A stretch of 63,849 nt of DNA, the filler included, from Octopus bimaculoides (taxonomy: Eukaryota): NCBI RefSeq assembly GCF_001194135.2. It is 6 parts of 6 records of this genome, joined end to end, with 100 filler letters (N's around TTAATTAATTAA, not from the genome) between each part and the next. Parts side by side here need not be neighbours in the genome. Positions count along the whole stretch, not along the records: positions 32,235 to 42,651 come from NC_069002.1; positions 42,752 to 57,175 come from NC_069001.1; 4 more parts are not named here. The stretch is one strand, 5' to 3'. Both the position numbers and the translations under genes were made by a program. The notes beneath the pieces are model-generated. The model ran no database searches. It had not been told where the DNA came from and was given only the letters and a program-made list of their open reading frames with translations. Positions 36,614-50,222 of the stretch are shown piece by piece. Numbering within the stretch: position 1 is the stretch's first letter; each line of letters opens with the position of its first letter.

Positions 36614-38236
36614 GGAAGGATAGAGGTGACAGCTCGTCTCTACGCCTCTGGTAGAGTCTCTTTTGCTAATTTATTTCAGCGTTTGAACGTCAATTTCCTT
36701 GATGTTTGTTCGATGTCTTTGCCACCAAATCTGGAAACAACAACAACAACACCAATAACAACAGCAACAACAACAACAATGACAATAGCAACAGTGATAC
36801 GTTTAGAAAATTTATATCAATTTAACTAATCATGTCTTTGATATGTTTCGAATTAATTTTTTTTTTTCCGAGCTGGCATCGCCATTTTTTGTCACTTTTG
36901 TCACAGAAAAGAGAGTGGCAATAACTTTGCTGGTAGTGGATAGGAACTAAATTATTCAATGATTTCTAATAAAACTGCACCATCGATCATTGATATCAAT
37001 CTTAATTTTCGATAGAAAAATTTCGATTAAATAAACGCTACAAAATTACATAAAAATGTTTTTCTTCTTGTTAGTCTCATGTGGCGTCAATGTCACGTCT
37101 TCTGTTGATAATTCTCAAAGGATGAAAAGTTAATTCCGGTTTATTTATTTTCGCTAATTTCTTTCTCTTGTCACTCTATGGTGTCTTCTGTCACGTAGTC
37201 TATTTGTTTATGCCATTTATTATTTGTGTTGAACTTTAACCCTTTGTCTATAAGTCCCAAGTTACTCCGGTGGTTGAAAAAAAAAAACCCAAAGAACTAG
37301 CAATGTGTAGAAGCTCGCTTTGCCTTCCCTAACTGATATTCGAAACCGAATTTACACACGTGCTGCTTGTCTGATGACTGTTTAATTCCATTGTATTCTA
37401 TCTCCATGCTGGGAGAAACATCTAACGAGAAACATCTGACGTCCTAGGAACTTTACTGGTCACTGAAGGGTCAGTCCATTGTTTTAAGTTTGATCTACTT
37501 CCTGGCCATAACCTATATAATTTTCGGTTCATCCGGCTCATAGAGAGCACACATCTCTATTCGTTTCAGCCGTTAACCAGGAGCACTAGCATCAGCCGGA
37601 TGGAAAAGAGCAGCGTAATACTTACCCCTTCTGCCTCTCTGTCAGCGAAACGGTCAGCTTGCACACTACCAACTACCAGCGAGCCACTAATACATCATTA
37701 TTATCGTCAATTACTATGTAAATTTTTCTAAGAACTGCCAGCAAATAAATCTGTGAATATTATTCCTTTCCTCTTCAATGTTGTTATTACGCTGTTTCAT
37801 CTTGCTTTCGACTATCTACATTCAACGATCCGACGCATAACATGAATCAAGTAACTTTTCATCTGTACGATACGATTGCTACCTCCGATGTAAGAAACTT
37901 ACATTCGTACATTAAATATGGCGAGCCTTCGCAACTTACCACTACATTTAGTAACTCCGATGCACTCTCACATTTGTCCGTTCCAAATGTGTCTCAAATA
38001 TGATGCGTGAACACCAGGGAAATTTGTCTTGTGTAACACATGTGATGCACAGGGCAGATAATGAGTTAATATATGCATAGTGGTATACATAGAGATCAAT
38101 ACACCCACATCACACGTAGATATAGATTAACTTTTACCTGTTCAAAACATTTTCATAAGTTAGTTCTTAACATCTGTGCTTGTTTTCAGATATTTAGCTA
38201 CTCTGGTTGTTGGAAAACATGGAAATGTGTATCGTA

Positions 38237-39000
38237 TAGGAGGTGGTATAAAAAAGATTCCCGGACTTGTTACGCTAATAAAAAACAAACACTTATTACC
38301 TTAGTTTTAACATCATCTTCTTCGAAATAGTCACCTGGAGCAATAATACACCCGTCCCAGCGTTCCTTCTACTTTTGAAATCTGGTTTGGAAGTCGTTTT
38401 CCGTAAACGAGTCGAGGACCTTCTGCGATTCGTTCAGGATCCCGACAACGGTGTTAGAACGGTGACCTTTGAGCTTCATTTTCATGTTGGGGAAGAGATG
38501 AAAGTGCGCAGGTGCTAAATCTGGCGAAAATGGTGGGTACTGAAGCGATATCATGTTGTTTTTGGCGCGAGAGTGAGGTGAGCTCGGTGACAAGATGCAT
38601 TGTCGCCGTGATGAATCCACTTCGTCGCGTCCCACAAATCCGGTCGCTTTCGTCGAATGTCCTCCCTCAGACACTTCAAGACGTCTTTGATTGTCCTCCG
38701 ACGATCCTCATGCACAAGCTAATGTCTTTTCTCCACATTTCCAGGAGTAACACTCAGGGTAGGCTTTCCAGATCGTTCACCGTCTTTCAAGGACATTCTT
38801 CCGCTTTTGAAGTGACCGTGTCACTCAAAACATCGCATGCGACTCCATTGGCTCATGTCTCTGTCGCAGATTTCCCAAGTTTAACGCAAAATGTCACGTT
38901 GGCCCTTTGTTCCAACTTCCTGTCCAGTAAAGTACCGGGGTTGGCATTATCGTTTAAATCCCCACCTTCAAAATTGTCGGCCTTGTGCCTAAAACAGAAA
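38237..39000 (-). mobile_element. Internally deleted mariner transposon
   Basis: N-terminal LEQRANV.FCVKLGKSATET/ERSGKP and C-terminal YPPFSPDLAPAHFHLFPNMKMKLKG (YSPDLAP motif), with stops and frameshifts. Confidence 0.85.
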
Positions 39001-40406
39001 CTGCTAAAGATGGTGAACTGGAAGAATCGCTAGAGCTTCGGAAAAACGCTTTGTGGGATTTTCTTCGAGTCTCTACATTCTGAGTTCAAACCCCGCTGAG
39101 GCTACTTCGACTTTCATCCTTTTGTGGTCGATAAAACATTGTAGCAGACAAGTGCTGAGGTCGATTTAAACTACTGAGTCCTTCCATCAAAAGTACTTGC
39201 CTTGCACTTAAATTAGTGTCAAACCTAGTTTGGTGGATTGGTAGAAATCGTTAGAGTATCGGAAAAAATTTCCTCGTGGTATTTCTTTAGGCTCTTTACG
39301 CACTGAGGTCAACCGTGCCTTTTATCCCATAGAGGTCAACATGGATGACTTTTTATCCTTGGTGGGGGCGGTCAATAAAATAAAGTAGCAGAGAAATACG
39401 GAGTTGATGATATTGACTAACCCCACCTGCTCTAGAAATTACTGGTCTTGAGTATAAATCAGACACCATCACATATGGGGAGCTGGCAGGAACGTTAGAG
39501 CATCGAAGTGCTTTGTGTGGTTGTTCCAGGCCTTTACGTTTTGATTTCAAATCTAGCTAAGGCTAACTTTGTCTTTCATCCTTTTGAAGTCAATAAAATA
39601 AAGTACGAGTCAAATACTGAAGTCGAGGGCATCGACTTACCGCTTTCCCACAAAATTATTGGCGCTGTACTTATATTAAAAACAAAATCCATAGTTCAGT
39701 CATCGCAGTGAGTGCGGCTCAAGAAACGAATCGAAACGAAAGTATCGCTACAACCAGTGGCCTTCTTGAGTTGCTGTAATAGGAGAAGATTTTGTACATG
39801 GTGGCTATGGATACTGAGGGTTTTCTCAGTGGGACAGTTACTTACAGAACACCTTGGTTGACATGTGCTCTACGTCAGTGGCTCTCAACCTTCTATTAGC
39901 CTATGGACCCATTTTCTTCCTATTTTACTCCACTGGACTCTCTATAGCCATTCACTGTATATATATATATATTCATTATAAGATCATAAATCAGAAGAGC
40001 ATACTTTATAAAATATATACCCTTTAACATTAGGTAGGAATTATTAGAAACTTGTGGACCTTATCGCAGTGGAACACGACTGTGTAAATTGTGTATGGCA
40101 GAAAAATATATAATCTTTCTGAACTCACGTGAGCCAGGAGGCTACCTGAACTCCAGGAAGGAAGCCGTGGGGAGTTGTCCACATTTTCATAAATTTTAAC
40201 TTCAAAATTGAAAAACTTAGCTATCAAGCGAAGGAAGACAACTGACCCGGCCATAATTTTTTAAGAGGAATATTTCTTGAGCTGTCACCGGCGTTCTTGT
40301 GCTTTAAAAAACATTCTTTGCAGAGAACAGTTATCGTTTACAGAAACTGAAGATATGTCTAGTTCACGCAAGATATGACACCAATGGATTTTTTCTAGAC
40401 TATTAC

Positions 40407-40445
<39 letters not shown>

Positions 40446-40679
40446 GGCAAGGTATAATAATAGTCGTTACATAGGTTTCTTCCATTAGAACAAATTAGGC
40501 TTACAGCTGTTTCCAGTAGTCATTTTAGGTACGTTATTAGTGCGTTTATTCAATTGGTCTATTGATTTCAGGCACGAAAAATTATTTTCCGGTGACTGCG
40601 GTAGCGTGGTGGCGTATATACGCAGTCAAAGTGCCGGGCGCGCCAGCACGCTATCACACCCACCGGAAAATACAGGAAG

Positions 40680-40722
<43 letters not shown>

Positions 40723-41598
40723 ATGTATGTATGTAAAAATCTTACTGTACTTTTATAATTACATTTTATTAAATATTAAATGTTATTAAGACGCAGGCGT
40801 GACGTGGCTGTGTGTGTCAGAAGCTTGCTTCCAGAACAAATAGTTCCGGGTTCAGTCTCACTACGTGGCACCTTGGGCTAGAGTTATGTTCTATAGCCTC
40901 CAGCCGACCAAAGCCTTGTTAGTGGATTTGGTAGACGGAAATTGAAAACAGCCCGTCGTACACACACACAAACAAAACACACGCACATGTGTATGTGTGT
41001 GTGTGTGTGTGTTTGTGTTTGTCCCCCACCACTGCTTGACAACTGGGCTGGTTAGTTTATGTCCCCTTAACGTAGCAGGTCGGCTAAAGAAACTGATACA
41101 ATAAGTACAAAACTATAAAAATGTCCTGGAGTGGATTGGTTTGAGTAAAACCTATCAAAACGGAGCCCCAGCATGGCCGCAGTTAAATGACTGATACAAG
41201 TAAGAGATTAAAAGATCAGAATCCTATAAAAATTAAATATTTTCTGTATTGCAAAAGTATAACGAATTTATGGCACATATATTTTAACAATAAAATCTTA
41301 TGCAGATCCCCCACCAAGGGCCATATATATGGACCCTGGTTAAGAATTACTGCTTCAGATTATACTTTCGTCTTCTTTCTTTAGACATAGCATAGAATGT
41401 AATCATCAACTCTAATTACGCTTTTATCGTAACTTTTTTTTTTTTTTGATAAAAATAAATGAGTATTGTACGTGTTTTCTGTTTTCATAACTGCATACCT
41501 ACTTTTGTACCACCCTGTGTATATTATTAACTACATATACATTAAGTATATGTAATTTAAAATATTTATTGTACTAGAGCTGCTTTTATTTCAATAAT

Positions 41599-41830
41599 CT
41601 AGCAGAAATACCCGGCGTAGCCCGGGGTTAAAGAAAATAATGAAATTTAAAAACGCCGTCTAGATTACGCAGGTCTCAACTGCTAGTAGCTAAGATACCA
41701 ACTTTCTACGTAACTCTGCAATCCATGGCAACATGGAAACGTTAGGTGAAATGTGAAAAGAAAGACTTGGACTCACATATGTATATAATGTAAATACACG
41801 TTTGTCTAACTTATTTCGTTACAAAAAAAA
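41599..41830 (-). mobile_element. Helitron-type 3' end
   Basis: Minus strand CCCGG-GCTACG-CCGGG hairpin, 8 nt, then CTAG (41599-41602). A related end lies at 909-936 (-): CCCGG-ACAACG-CCGGG...CAAG-T. Confidence 0.5.
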
Positions 41831-41867
41831 CAGGTACAGATTATAAGCAATGAAAGGCCTTGCATAG

Positions 41868-41904
<37 letters not shown>

Positions 41905-43504
41905 ACATGTAACTAAAAAAGTTCAAATGGAGAATTATTCCATTCAATATCATGTTTATTATAGAGATTATGTAACAAATTATACTTTACACTTCTATAT
42001 TTAACTGTGCGTGTATATTCCTTATTTTTGCTTCTGGTGTCTTCTGCCTTTCTATTAGAAGCGTTTACCTGGGAATTTACTTCAAGTGAAGAAAATTCGT
42101 ATGCCGCAGATAAGTCGTCTTAATCACATATTTCTGTGTATCAGACCTTTAGATGTTATTTTTAGTATAACGATTTTTCTGCTGAGGGCTTCATTTGCTT
42201 TCATTGCCTATTTGTTGCCTCAGTAGAAATCTACGGATGCACAAACGCACAAAACGGAGAAAACGAGACAAATGTGGACGACTTGTTCCGAAACATGCGA
42301 GTGGGGAACGTTGTGTCCTTAGGCAAGGCATATTATTTCACGTTGCTCCAGTCCACTGAGCTGGCAAAAATGAATAGTACCTGTATTTCAAAGGGCCAGG
42401 GTTGTCACATTCTGTATCGCACTGGATCTCCCTGAAAACTACCTTAAGTGTACATGTGTTTGTGAAGTGCTCAGCCACTTGCACATTAATATCACAAGCA
42501 GGCTCTTCCGTGGATCGGATCAACTGGAACCCACGTCGTCGTAACCGACGGAATACCAGCTTTATTTTTCTCCTTCACTATATTAAAATTATTCAGTCGT
42601 CTTTCTTATCAGCTCGTAGCAATATTTGTCTACTTGGACGAGATGCTGTATNNNNNNNNNNNNNNNNNNNNNNNNNNNNNNNNNNNNNNNNNNNNTTAAT
42701 TAATTAANNNNNNNNNNNNNNNNNNNNNNNNNNNNNNNNNNNNNNNNNNNNATAAGCACTAGTTGAGTACAAGGGTCAAAATTGCAAGTCCTGGTGTCAG
42801 AAACTTTAAACCAACAATTATAAGAATATTTCAATTAAAATTGCATCTTTCCAACGTTTCAATAATGTTTGGTAAACGAGACTGATAAAATAAGTACCAG
42901 ACTTTTAAATAATAAATACTGGGGTTGATTTGTTTAACTAAATCCGTCAAGATGTTTGCTCCAACTTGGCCACAGTACAATGATTGAAACAAGCAAAAGG
43001 TAAAAGATATATATATAAGTGCAGGATGTGGTTGCGTGGTAAGCAGTTTGCTTTCCAACCACGTAGTTTTGGGTTCAGTCCCACTGTGTGGCATCTTGGG
43101 TAAGTGTCTTCTACTATGGCTTCAGACTGTCCAAAGCTTTGTGAGTGGATTTAGTTGATGGAAACTGAAAGAAGCCTGTTGTGTGTGTGTGTGTGTGTCT
43201 TTATGTCTGTTTGTCCCCCACTGCTGCTTGACAACTGGTGTTATTGTGTTTAAGTCCCTCATTACTTAGCAATTCAGCAAAAGACACTGATACAATAAGT
43301 ACCAGATTTTATCAAAACCATAAGTACTGGGGTCAATTCATTCAAGTAAAAACTTTTCGAGGCCGTGCTCCAGCATGGCCACAGTCAGAAGACAAAAGAA
43401 AGAAGATACCTAATCTGATACAATGGCATTTTGTTCTTATCATTCTTTTCAGTAAGGCTCTTCAGAGTTTCATGCTTTCATTTGAACCCCTTTTTTCCTT
43501 TCAG

Positions 43505-43622
43505 GTGCCCTTAATTCATGAGTTGGAAGCCCGTATGGCCTATTTACTAAAACAGCGTGCCGAGAAATTGACTTTACGTCGACAGCAGGATGTCAGAGAT
43601 CAGTGTCAGGACTACACTGCAA
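43505..43622 (+). CDS. PAXBP1: PAX3/7-binding protein 1 / GC-rich sequence DNA-binding factor, exon: VPLIHELEARMAYLLKQRAEKLTLRRQQDVRDQCQDYTA(S)
   Basis: Acceptor ttttcctttcag|, donor A|GTCGGT (phase 1, the only choice compatible with the next exon). Recalls vertebrate PAXBP1 VPLINELE...KQRA...RRQDD. Confidence 0.85.
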
Positions 43623-44104
43623 GTCGGTATTCCTGTGTCTCCTCCTTGCAGACAGTGTAGGTGTGACAGCATGCCTTCACTGCTCTAACGTCTTTCACAC
43701 TCAGTTAAATGTCTCTTACCCCACCCCCCACCCACTCCCATATTTCTTGGAGACCAGCTCCTCCTCCCCCCTCCTCCTTCTCTTTGTTATGTTCATGTAA
43801 AAAGATAAATGTTATTGGTGTTCTGCTTTGTTGCAAAAATTGTTGGGAAGAATAANNNNNNNNNNNNNNNNNNNNNNNNNNNNNNNNNNNNNNNNNNNNN
43901 NNNNNNNNNNNNNNNNNNNNNNNNNNNNNNNNNNNNNNNNNNNNNNNNNNNNNNNNNNNNNNNNNNNNNNNNNNNNNNNAACTTTCTCTTCCGCTGCAGT
44001 TTGTTCTTCGTTTCCTTTTCATTTCAACCTGCGACAATATTAATCATTGCTTCAAGCATTTGAAATTTTTATGATGATTATTATTACTATTAAATTTATT
44101 ATCT

Positions 44105-44321
44105 AAGGCGGTGAGCTGGCAGAATCGTTAGCACGCTGGACAAAATGCTTAGTGGTATTTTGCCCGTCAGTACATTCTGAGTTCAAATTCTGCTGAGATC
44201 GACTTTGCCTTTCATCCATTCAGGGTCAGTAAATTAAGTACCAGTGAAACACTGGGGTCAATGTAATTGACTTATCCCCTCTCCCAAAATTTCAGGCCTT
44301 GTGCCTATAGTAGAAAGGATT
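44105..44321 (+). mobile_element. tRNA-type SINE family B (representative full copy)
   Basis: A-box TGGCAGAATCG, B-box GAGTTCAAATTC, tail ...gtagaaaggatt+(ATT)n. Other copies approx.: 1890-2100(+), 11130-11290(-), 13050-13280(-), 14380-14570(-), 23610-23825(+), 23838-24060(+), 39020-39680(+, three), 48270-48440(+), 51480-51790(+, two). Confidence 0.85.
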
Positions 44322-45344
44322 GTTATTATTATTATTATGATAATAATAATGATGATGATGATGATGAACTTCTTGCATACAGTTCTAAGATTTAAATTTG
44401 TCACGAATTTGGATGACTTAAATTCTCGTATTAAGCTCCTTAGTCCTGCATTCATTTTTCATCTACCCTAGTCCTACAATCTCAGCTGCATTGTTTGGGG
44501 TAGGATGGTTTCTCAGCTTCCTGTCTGTATTTCATATTTGCTGCCTGTTGATGATCTCCACAGAAACTCTAGCTTTTGTATATGTGTGTGTGTGTGTAAT
44601 TTAAAATGGTAATTTTTCTTAATCCTTTAATTCCATGTAGAGCATAGGCTGCCATCAAGAGATCTCCATCTGTCTCAGTTTTTGGCAATGGCTTGGCACC
44701 CCTGGATGTAGCCGCTTGCCAGTACTTCAGTTTCAGTAGACCTTCTCCATACTTTTTAGTCTGTGGATGCTTTCATTTCCTTTAAGGTGTCCATTGGAAA
44801 TCTTGCCTTGTAATGTTGCAAACAAATTTTTATAGGGTGCATCCCTGCCAACCCCATTTTTTTTTTTTTTTTTTTTTTTTTGTGAGTCTGTCATGCCATT
44901 TCACCCAATGGATGTTCTGGAGACACCTATTCGCAAAACTGTGCACTCTGTAAAGTGGTTGGCATTAAGAAAGATATCCAGCTTTGGAAACCAAGCCAAA
45001 ACACACGACTAGAAACTGGTGCAGTTCTCCGGCTTGCCAGCTTTGGGTAAAGGGCCATGTAACACCCCAGATTGTAGAATGACGAAATTCTTCAAATAAT
45101 GCCGTTATCTCATATTTTGTATCATGTTATATTTCAGCATCATTAGAAACTAATGTACATAAATGGTAACTGTTATTAGTTTTGAACAGTTGTCTTGCAG
45201 GATTAAAAAAAATAATATTGCGTAACACAAAACAAGTCTAAAGAAAATGATTGTGATTGGTTTTGGACGTTTTCTAAAGATAATTCTATCATTACAGTTT
45301 TATGTGTGTTTGGCTTTCTAGCATTTAATTGGCTCCTCTACCTA

Positions 45345-45560
45345 TTAATCCTTTTGTTCCCAACCTGCCTGAGTCCACTCTTGACTCTGTTGTAGAAATT
45401 TCTTGTCTACAGAGAGTTATAAATTATAACCTTCCATCAAAATTCCATGTTAGTTTATACTCCAAACCCCAGCTTCATAATAATTTTACTAAATGCTTCA
45501 GAAATTAATTAAAATAAAGAAAATGTATTTCAACAGAAATGTGACCCCAAACAGGGTTAA
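45345..45560. mobile_element. piggyBac-type MITE with TTAA flanks
   Basis: TTAA-TCCTT...CAGGG-TTAA, about 210 bp, non-coding. Confidence 0.5.
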
Positions 45561-47452
45561 ATCACAAATCGTTAAGAGTTAACTGCTACATAGAAATTTT
45601 TATAACCTTTTGAATAAAAATGACATTAAGCCTTAGATTTTTTTTTTTACTAAATTATATTGCAAAGCATATAGATCTTGTAAACACAGGTTTGTGTTTT
45701 TTTTAATTTCATTTAAAATTAATATTGCTTATCTTTGTCTAGTTTTATTTTAAATGTTTTTTTTTCTTTATAAGTATTGTTTTTGCTATTTTGCAGTTTC
45801 CAAACTTAAGTTCTCATTAGATTTTGTGAAAACTTATTCACTTAGTCTGTCTTTCATACTCCATTAAATACACATATAATATTTATATTATATGTTTTTT
45901 CATACATTAACTGATGTAAGCTGAACTACGTAAAATGTCAGAGAAAGAAACCTTGCAAGTTTCTCACAATACATACCAGTACATACATCTAAAGCATAAA
46001 TTTTTTCAGGGACCCTTAAAATGTTATTGTGGATCTGCAATTTACTATTTTATTGCATGGATCTCACGAAGATCTTATAGGGGATCCTGGTTGAGAACCA
46101 CTAATTTAGATCACTATGAATAACAACACAGTTTAATATCTAAACAAACTGAAAATCTCAGTAAACCTAATTGACAGCTATTCTGTTGACTGATTTGTTT
46201 TTAACATACAGTGGTTTTTCACTTTTTTTAAAAATAAAATTCTGATGCCTTTATGAAAATAATTGTTGTGTATTGAAGTTAAATGGGGTTCTAAGATGCA
46301 TCTCACAGATGCACTGAAATGCACCATCAGTGATGTTTCTGGGGTCTCGGGGGATTTCAGGTCTTATAACATCAGGCCCCATCTCCCAGTTGAACCAGCC
46401 AAGGTCAATCGAGTCCCAGCTCGCATCCCATTAGCAGTAAGCCACCAGCCTGCCCTCTTTATCCCAAAACTACCTAGTGGCTTCCTCTGCAGCTTGCAGC
46501 TTCAGTTATGGTATTTTTGACCCTTCTCTTTGCTGCGCCAGTAACCCAGTCAGAGCTTTGCAGAATGAATGCCCCACAAAACCCTGGTGTCCCACTTCAA
46601 TTGCCTCACAACGCACCCATCAGCCCTTCACCACCCTACCAACTCCTGGTATTTGGCAAGCTTCTCAGGGCTCAGTCCATTCCTACATGATCACCTGTTT
46701 GGTGGACTTTGGGATCCCTATGCCTGGGCAGAGTGTTGTTGGTACAATAACCATTCTAATGATGCCCCTATGAAAGAAGCTAAATGAGAAATGTATAATA
46801 CATGTGATACTCTATGGAAGTGAAACATGAACCATGAATACTAGAAATCTGTCGTAATCTGGAGAGGAACCAACTGAATTGTGCACTACTTAAGAGAAAG
46901 GACATGTAAAGAGAGAAACCTTCTGCTTGAGAGAGAGAGAGAGAGATGTTGGTGTAAATGTGTAACGTGGATGCATGATGAGATGCTGTGGATTTATTTT
47001 TGAAGGTAGATGATCGAAGAAGACTTAAAATGTTTTTAGATAAAACCTGATTATATTAAGTCTCATAAAAACAACAGGATATATCACAGAGGTTTAAGAG
47101 CTATATTTGTTTGTGTGGGATTTCATAAGTCTTGTGAAGCAATTTGATGGATGGGAACTGAAAGAAACCCTTTGTGTATATATATATGTGTGCCTGTGTA
47201 AAATATCTGTGTGTAGTTGTGTCCCTGTATGTGTATGTCTGCTTACATTTGCGCTCTCTGTCAACAAAATTGCCTGCTCGTTTTGTGCTTTCAAAGTTTT
47301 GTGAAATAAGAGATCTCTTACTAGAGAAACAGTTAAGGGTTAGCACCATGAATAGGCATATGGCTGTTAAACATTGCCTCAGTGATATATTTGTCTAACC
47401 CATGTCAGCATGGAAAAATGGACGCAAAATGAATGAACAATTTATAGAAATG

Positions 47453-47682
47453 TTTAATGTATTAGTGTTATTTAAACCAGCCATATCTGGCTCAAATATT
47501 CTATATGTTTTATGTTAAAACTGTCCAGATCCAGCCTCTCGTACCTACCCTACAATTTCATTCTAAAAATAAACAATCACGTCGTTGCAATCTCAGTTTC
47601 AAGATAATGCACAATGAATTCAAAACAATGTGAATTAATAAGCATTACATTTGACAGAGTAATCTGAATGCTAAAGGGTTAA
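47453..47682. mobile_element. Second piggyBac-type MITE family (ends ...aatgctaaaggg-TTAA)
   Basis: The right end recurs at about 52900-52997 and the left end at 49717-49765. Confidence 0.5.
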
Positions 47683-49316
47683 ATACTTTTCTTTTTTACT
47701 GTTGCTTTTTAAATGTTGTTGGAATTTACAATGTTGACTGGCTTTGAAGAAGATCCTGCGATATTACAAAACTAAAAGCATATTTGAATTACTTTACTAG
47801 GAACATACTGAGGACAGTGTGTTCTTAGTAACAAATCCACACAGTTTAACATAGTCTGATTTCTGAACATTTTTATTTGTGTGTTTTCTCTTTCACAGTT
47901 TATAATTTCTCACTTTAGTCTGCTTAGATGTTTATGTCTCCTGCCTACTGCTTCCAAACAATGGCCCTGTGCTGCCTAATTTAGAATTAACTCATTCAAC
48001 ATTTTGTGTATATGGAATATGATGAGTTAGTTTAGTTTTACAGTTGCTAAAAATCCGTGTTAGGGACCAAACTGCTGGCTAACCTTTAATGCCTATAGGG
48101 AAGGCTGGACTGTCCACATCTCTTTCAGCTTTCCGATAATTTTTAATTACTTCATTTGACGGCATAAAAGATGTGCAGTTACATTAGACCCATACCAGTT
48201 CCAGCAGCACATATTCGAAGAAAAAAGTGTTTAGTGCATTAAAGCTTATAAATATTTAAAGTAATGAAGGCAGAATCGTTAGCAGTATTTTGTCCATCTT
48301 TATATTCTGAGTTCAAATTCTGCCAAGGTTGACTTTGCCTTTCATCCTTGATAAAATAAGCACCAGTTGAGCACAGGGGTCAATGTAATCGACTTAACTC
48401 CTCCCCTGAAATTACTGGCCTCGCGCCAAAATTTGAACCCTGTATTTAAAGTAAACTAAACAGTGAGCTGGTAGAATCATTAGCATACCAGGAAAAATGC
48501 TTATTTAGGGATAAAAAATGGATCTTATGTGCCTTCAAATATGGTAAGTGTTTAGAATATAAATTTACATGAAAGATTTTATATTTACAAAGTGCAGCTT
48601 AGTTTAGTGAGTCTAGAGAAAACCATTTTGGCTCATAGAAACTACATCTGTTCTTGACTGGGCTTAACATGGAGTGCAGACTGTGAAGCAAGTGATTAAG
48701 TGAGATTATTATTGTCATAATGTGATGTACCGGTATTTCATTCAGGGGAAATGTCACTTCAGTCGTTTATATACTATGGAAACCAAATAACCAGACTGAT
48801 GAGTCCTAGAGCTCAAAGACAGAACCATACATTATTGTCATAAACTGAAACCTACAAAATATAAAAATAACTCATTTAGACTCTGGTGCTCAACTGTGGC
48901 CCTCAAGCATCCTTCTGGCAATCCCTGGCAGTCTTCCCTCTATAAATATAATAATTTTTATCTTTAATTGATTTGTGTTTTACTTTTTTTTTTAAGTGTG
49001 GATCTCCTAAAAGAGTCCAGGTTTTGGGTCCGGCCCAGATATTAAAATAGTTGAGAACCACCACTCTAAAAACTTAAGAGAACTTAACAAAAACATTGAA
49101 ACATTTCTTTGATTTGGCCAACCATTGGCCATGCAAGGATTAGAATATTTATTTGCCATAGTCCCTTAGTTGTGTGTTTAACCATCACATTTCTCAACAA
49201 GCTTTGTTTTGTTAAAACTTTTCTCATCTCAAACTGTAACCATTGAATTAGTGTCGAGATTTCTTTTCATGCTTGATTTGTTTGTTAATTCAGTTGTTTT
49301 GCTTGTATCCTTGCAG

Positions 49317-49386
49317 GTAAAGTGAAAGTAGTTATTGATGCTGCTGAGGCTATGCAGAGACGTGTTGCAGAGAGGGAGGCACGCAG
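49317..49386 (+). CDS. PAXBP1: PAXBP1 exon: KVKVVIDAAEAMQRRVAEREAR(R)
   Basis: Acceptor gtatccttgcag|, donor AG|GTAAAT. 70 nt, phase 1-2. RR.AEREARR motif. Confidence 0.85.
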
Positions 49387-49767
49387 GTAAATCTATTGCC
49401 ATTTAATCTCCAGTGTTCTTTGAGAAGAGGTTCTTAGAATGGTTTTACTGGAGCTGTTTATGGTTGACAATCATCCCTTAGTATTTGTTGTGATTGAAAG
49501 TGATATGGAATGAAGGAGGGTCCGAGCTTGCAAATAGAACTTATTTAGTAATCATATGAGAGTAAGGAAGAGTTAAATACAGGAAAGACATTCATTGAAG
49601 AACTTATTCTGTACAAGGCATGGAATACTGTTGTGTTGTAGATTCATCTTACAATCTTGGAGGTTGGACTGAATTCATCACCCTGTTTAACACCACATCC
49701 TAACCCATCTGTACCTTTAATCCTTTAGTGTTTAAACAGGCCATATCCAACCCAAATATTCTACTTG

Positions 49768-50082
49768 TTACCTCCGCCTTAGCGAAGGCAGAGGTATTGT
49801 TTTCAGTCGTGTTTGTTTGTCCATGGACAATATATCTCAAGAATCACTGGATGGATTCAGATGTAACTTTCAGGGATGTTTGGCCTCATGACTGGCATGA
49901 ACTGATTAGATTTGGGGATTGATCTGGTACTGGACAAAGATTCTGGATTATTTTTTCCAGGTGTCAGATGATTCAGCTCTATCCATTCTCTTCCATTTCC
50001 AGATGGCATTTGTAGCCATCTGCCTACGTTAGAAGTCATTATAATTGCATCTCCTAACTGTGGTCTTGGGGAAACTATGCTA
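49768..50082 (+). mobile_element. Helentron-type non-autonomous element (HINE/DINE-like), copy 1
   Basis: Starts ttacctccgcctt-agcg-aaggcagag (hairpin), followed by a gtttgtttgtcc microsatellite-like block. Clearly homologous to 52417-52770. Confidence 0.6.
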
Positions 50083-50109
50083 AATATATTTATCTTTTGT
50101 GTTTTATAG

Positions 50110-50222
50110 GTCTCGTAGGCGAAGGGCTCGTGAAAGCAGAGACCTTTCTGGACATCACGAAGGTTTGTCATCCGATGATGAAGAAAATCAATCTGATATA
50201 ACCAAATTTAATTCAGAAAAAA
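50110..50222 (+). CDS. PAXBP1: PAXBP1 exon: SRRRRARESRDLSGHHEGLSSDDEENQSDITKFNSEK
   Basis: Acceptor ttttgtgttttatag|, donor A|GTATGT. 113 nt, phase 2-1. Conserved H.EGLSSDDEE..DIT.FN.EK. Confidence 0.92.

Noticed and set aside
44105-44180. tRNA genes
   Set aside because: A/B-box heads belong to SINEs; no complete cloverleaf was found.
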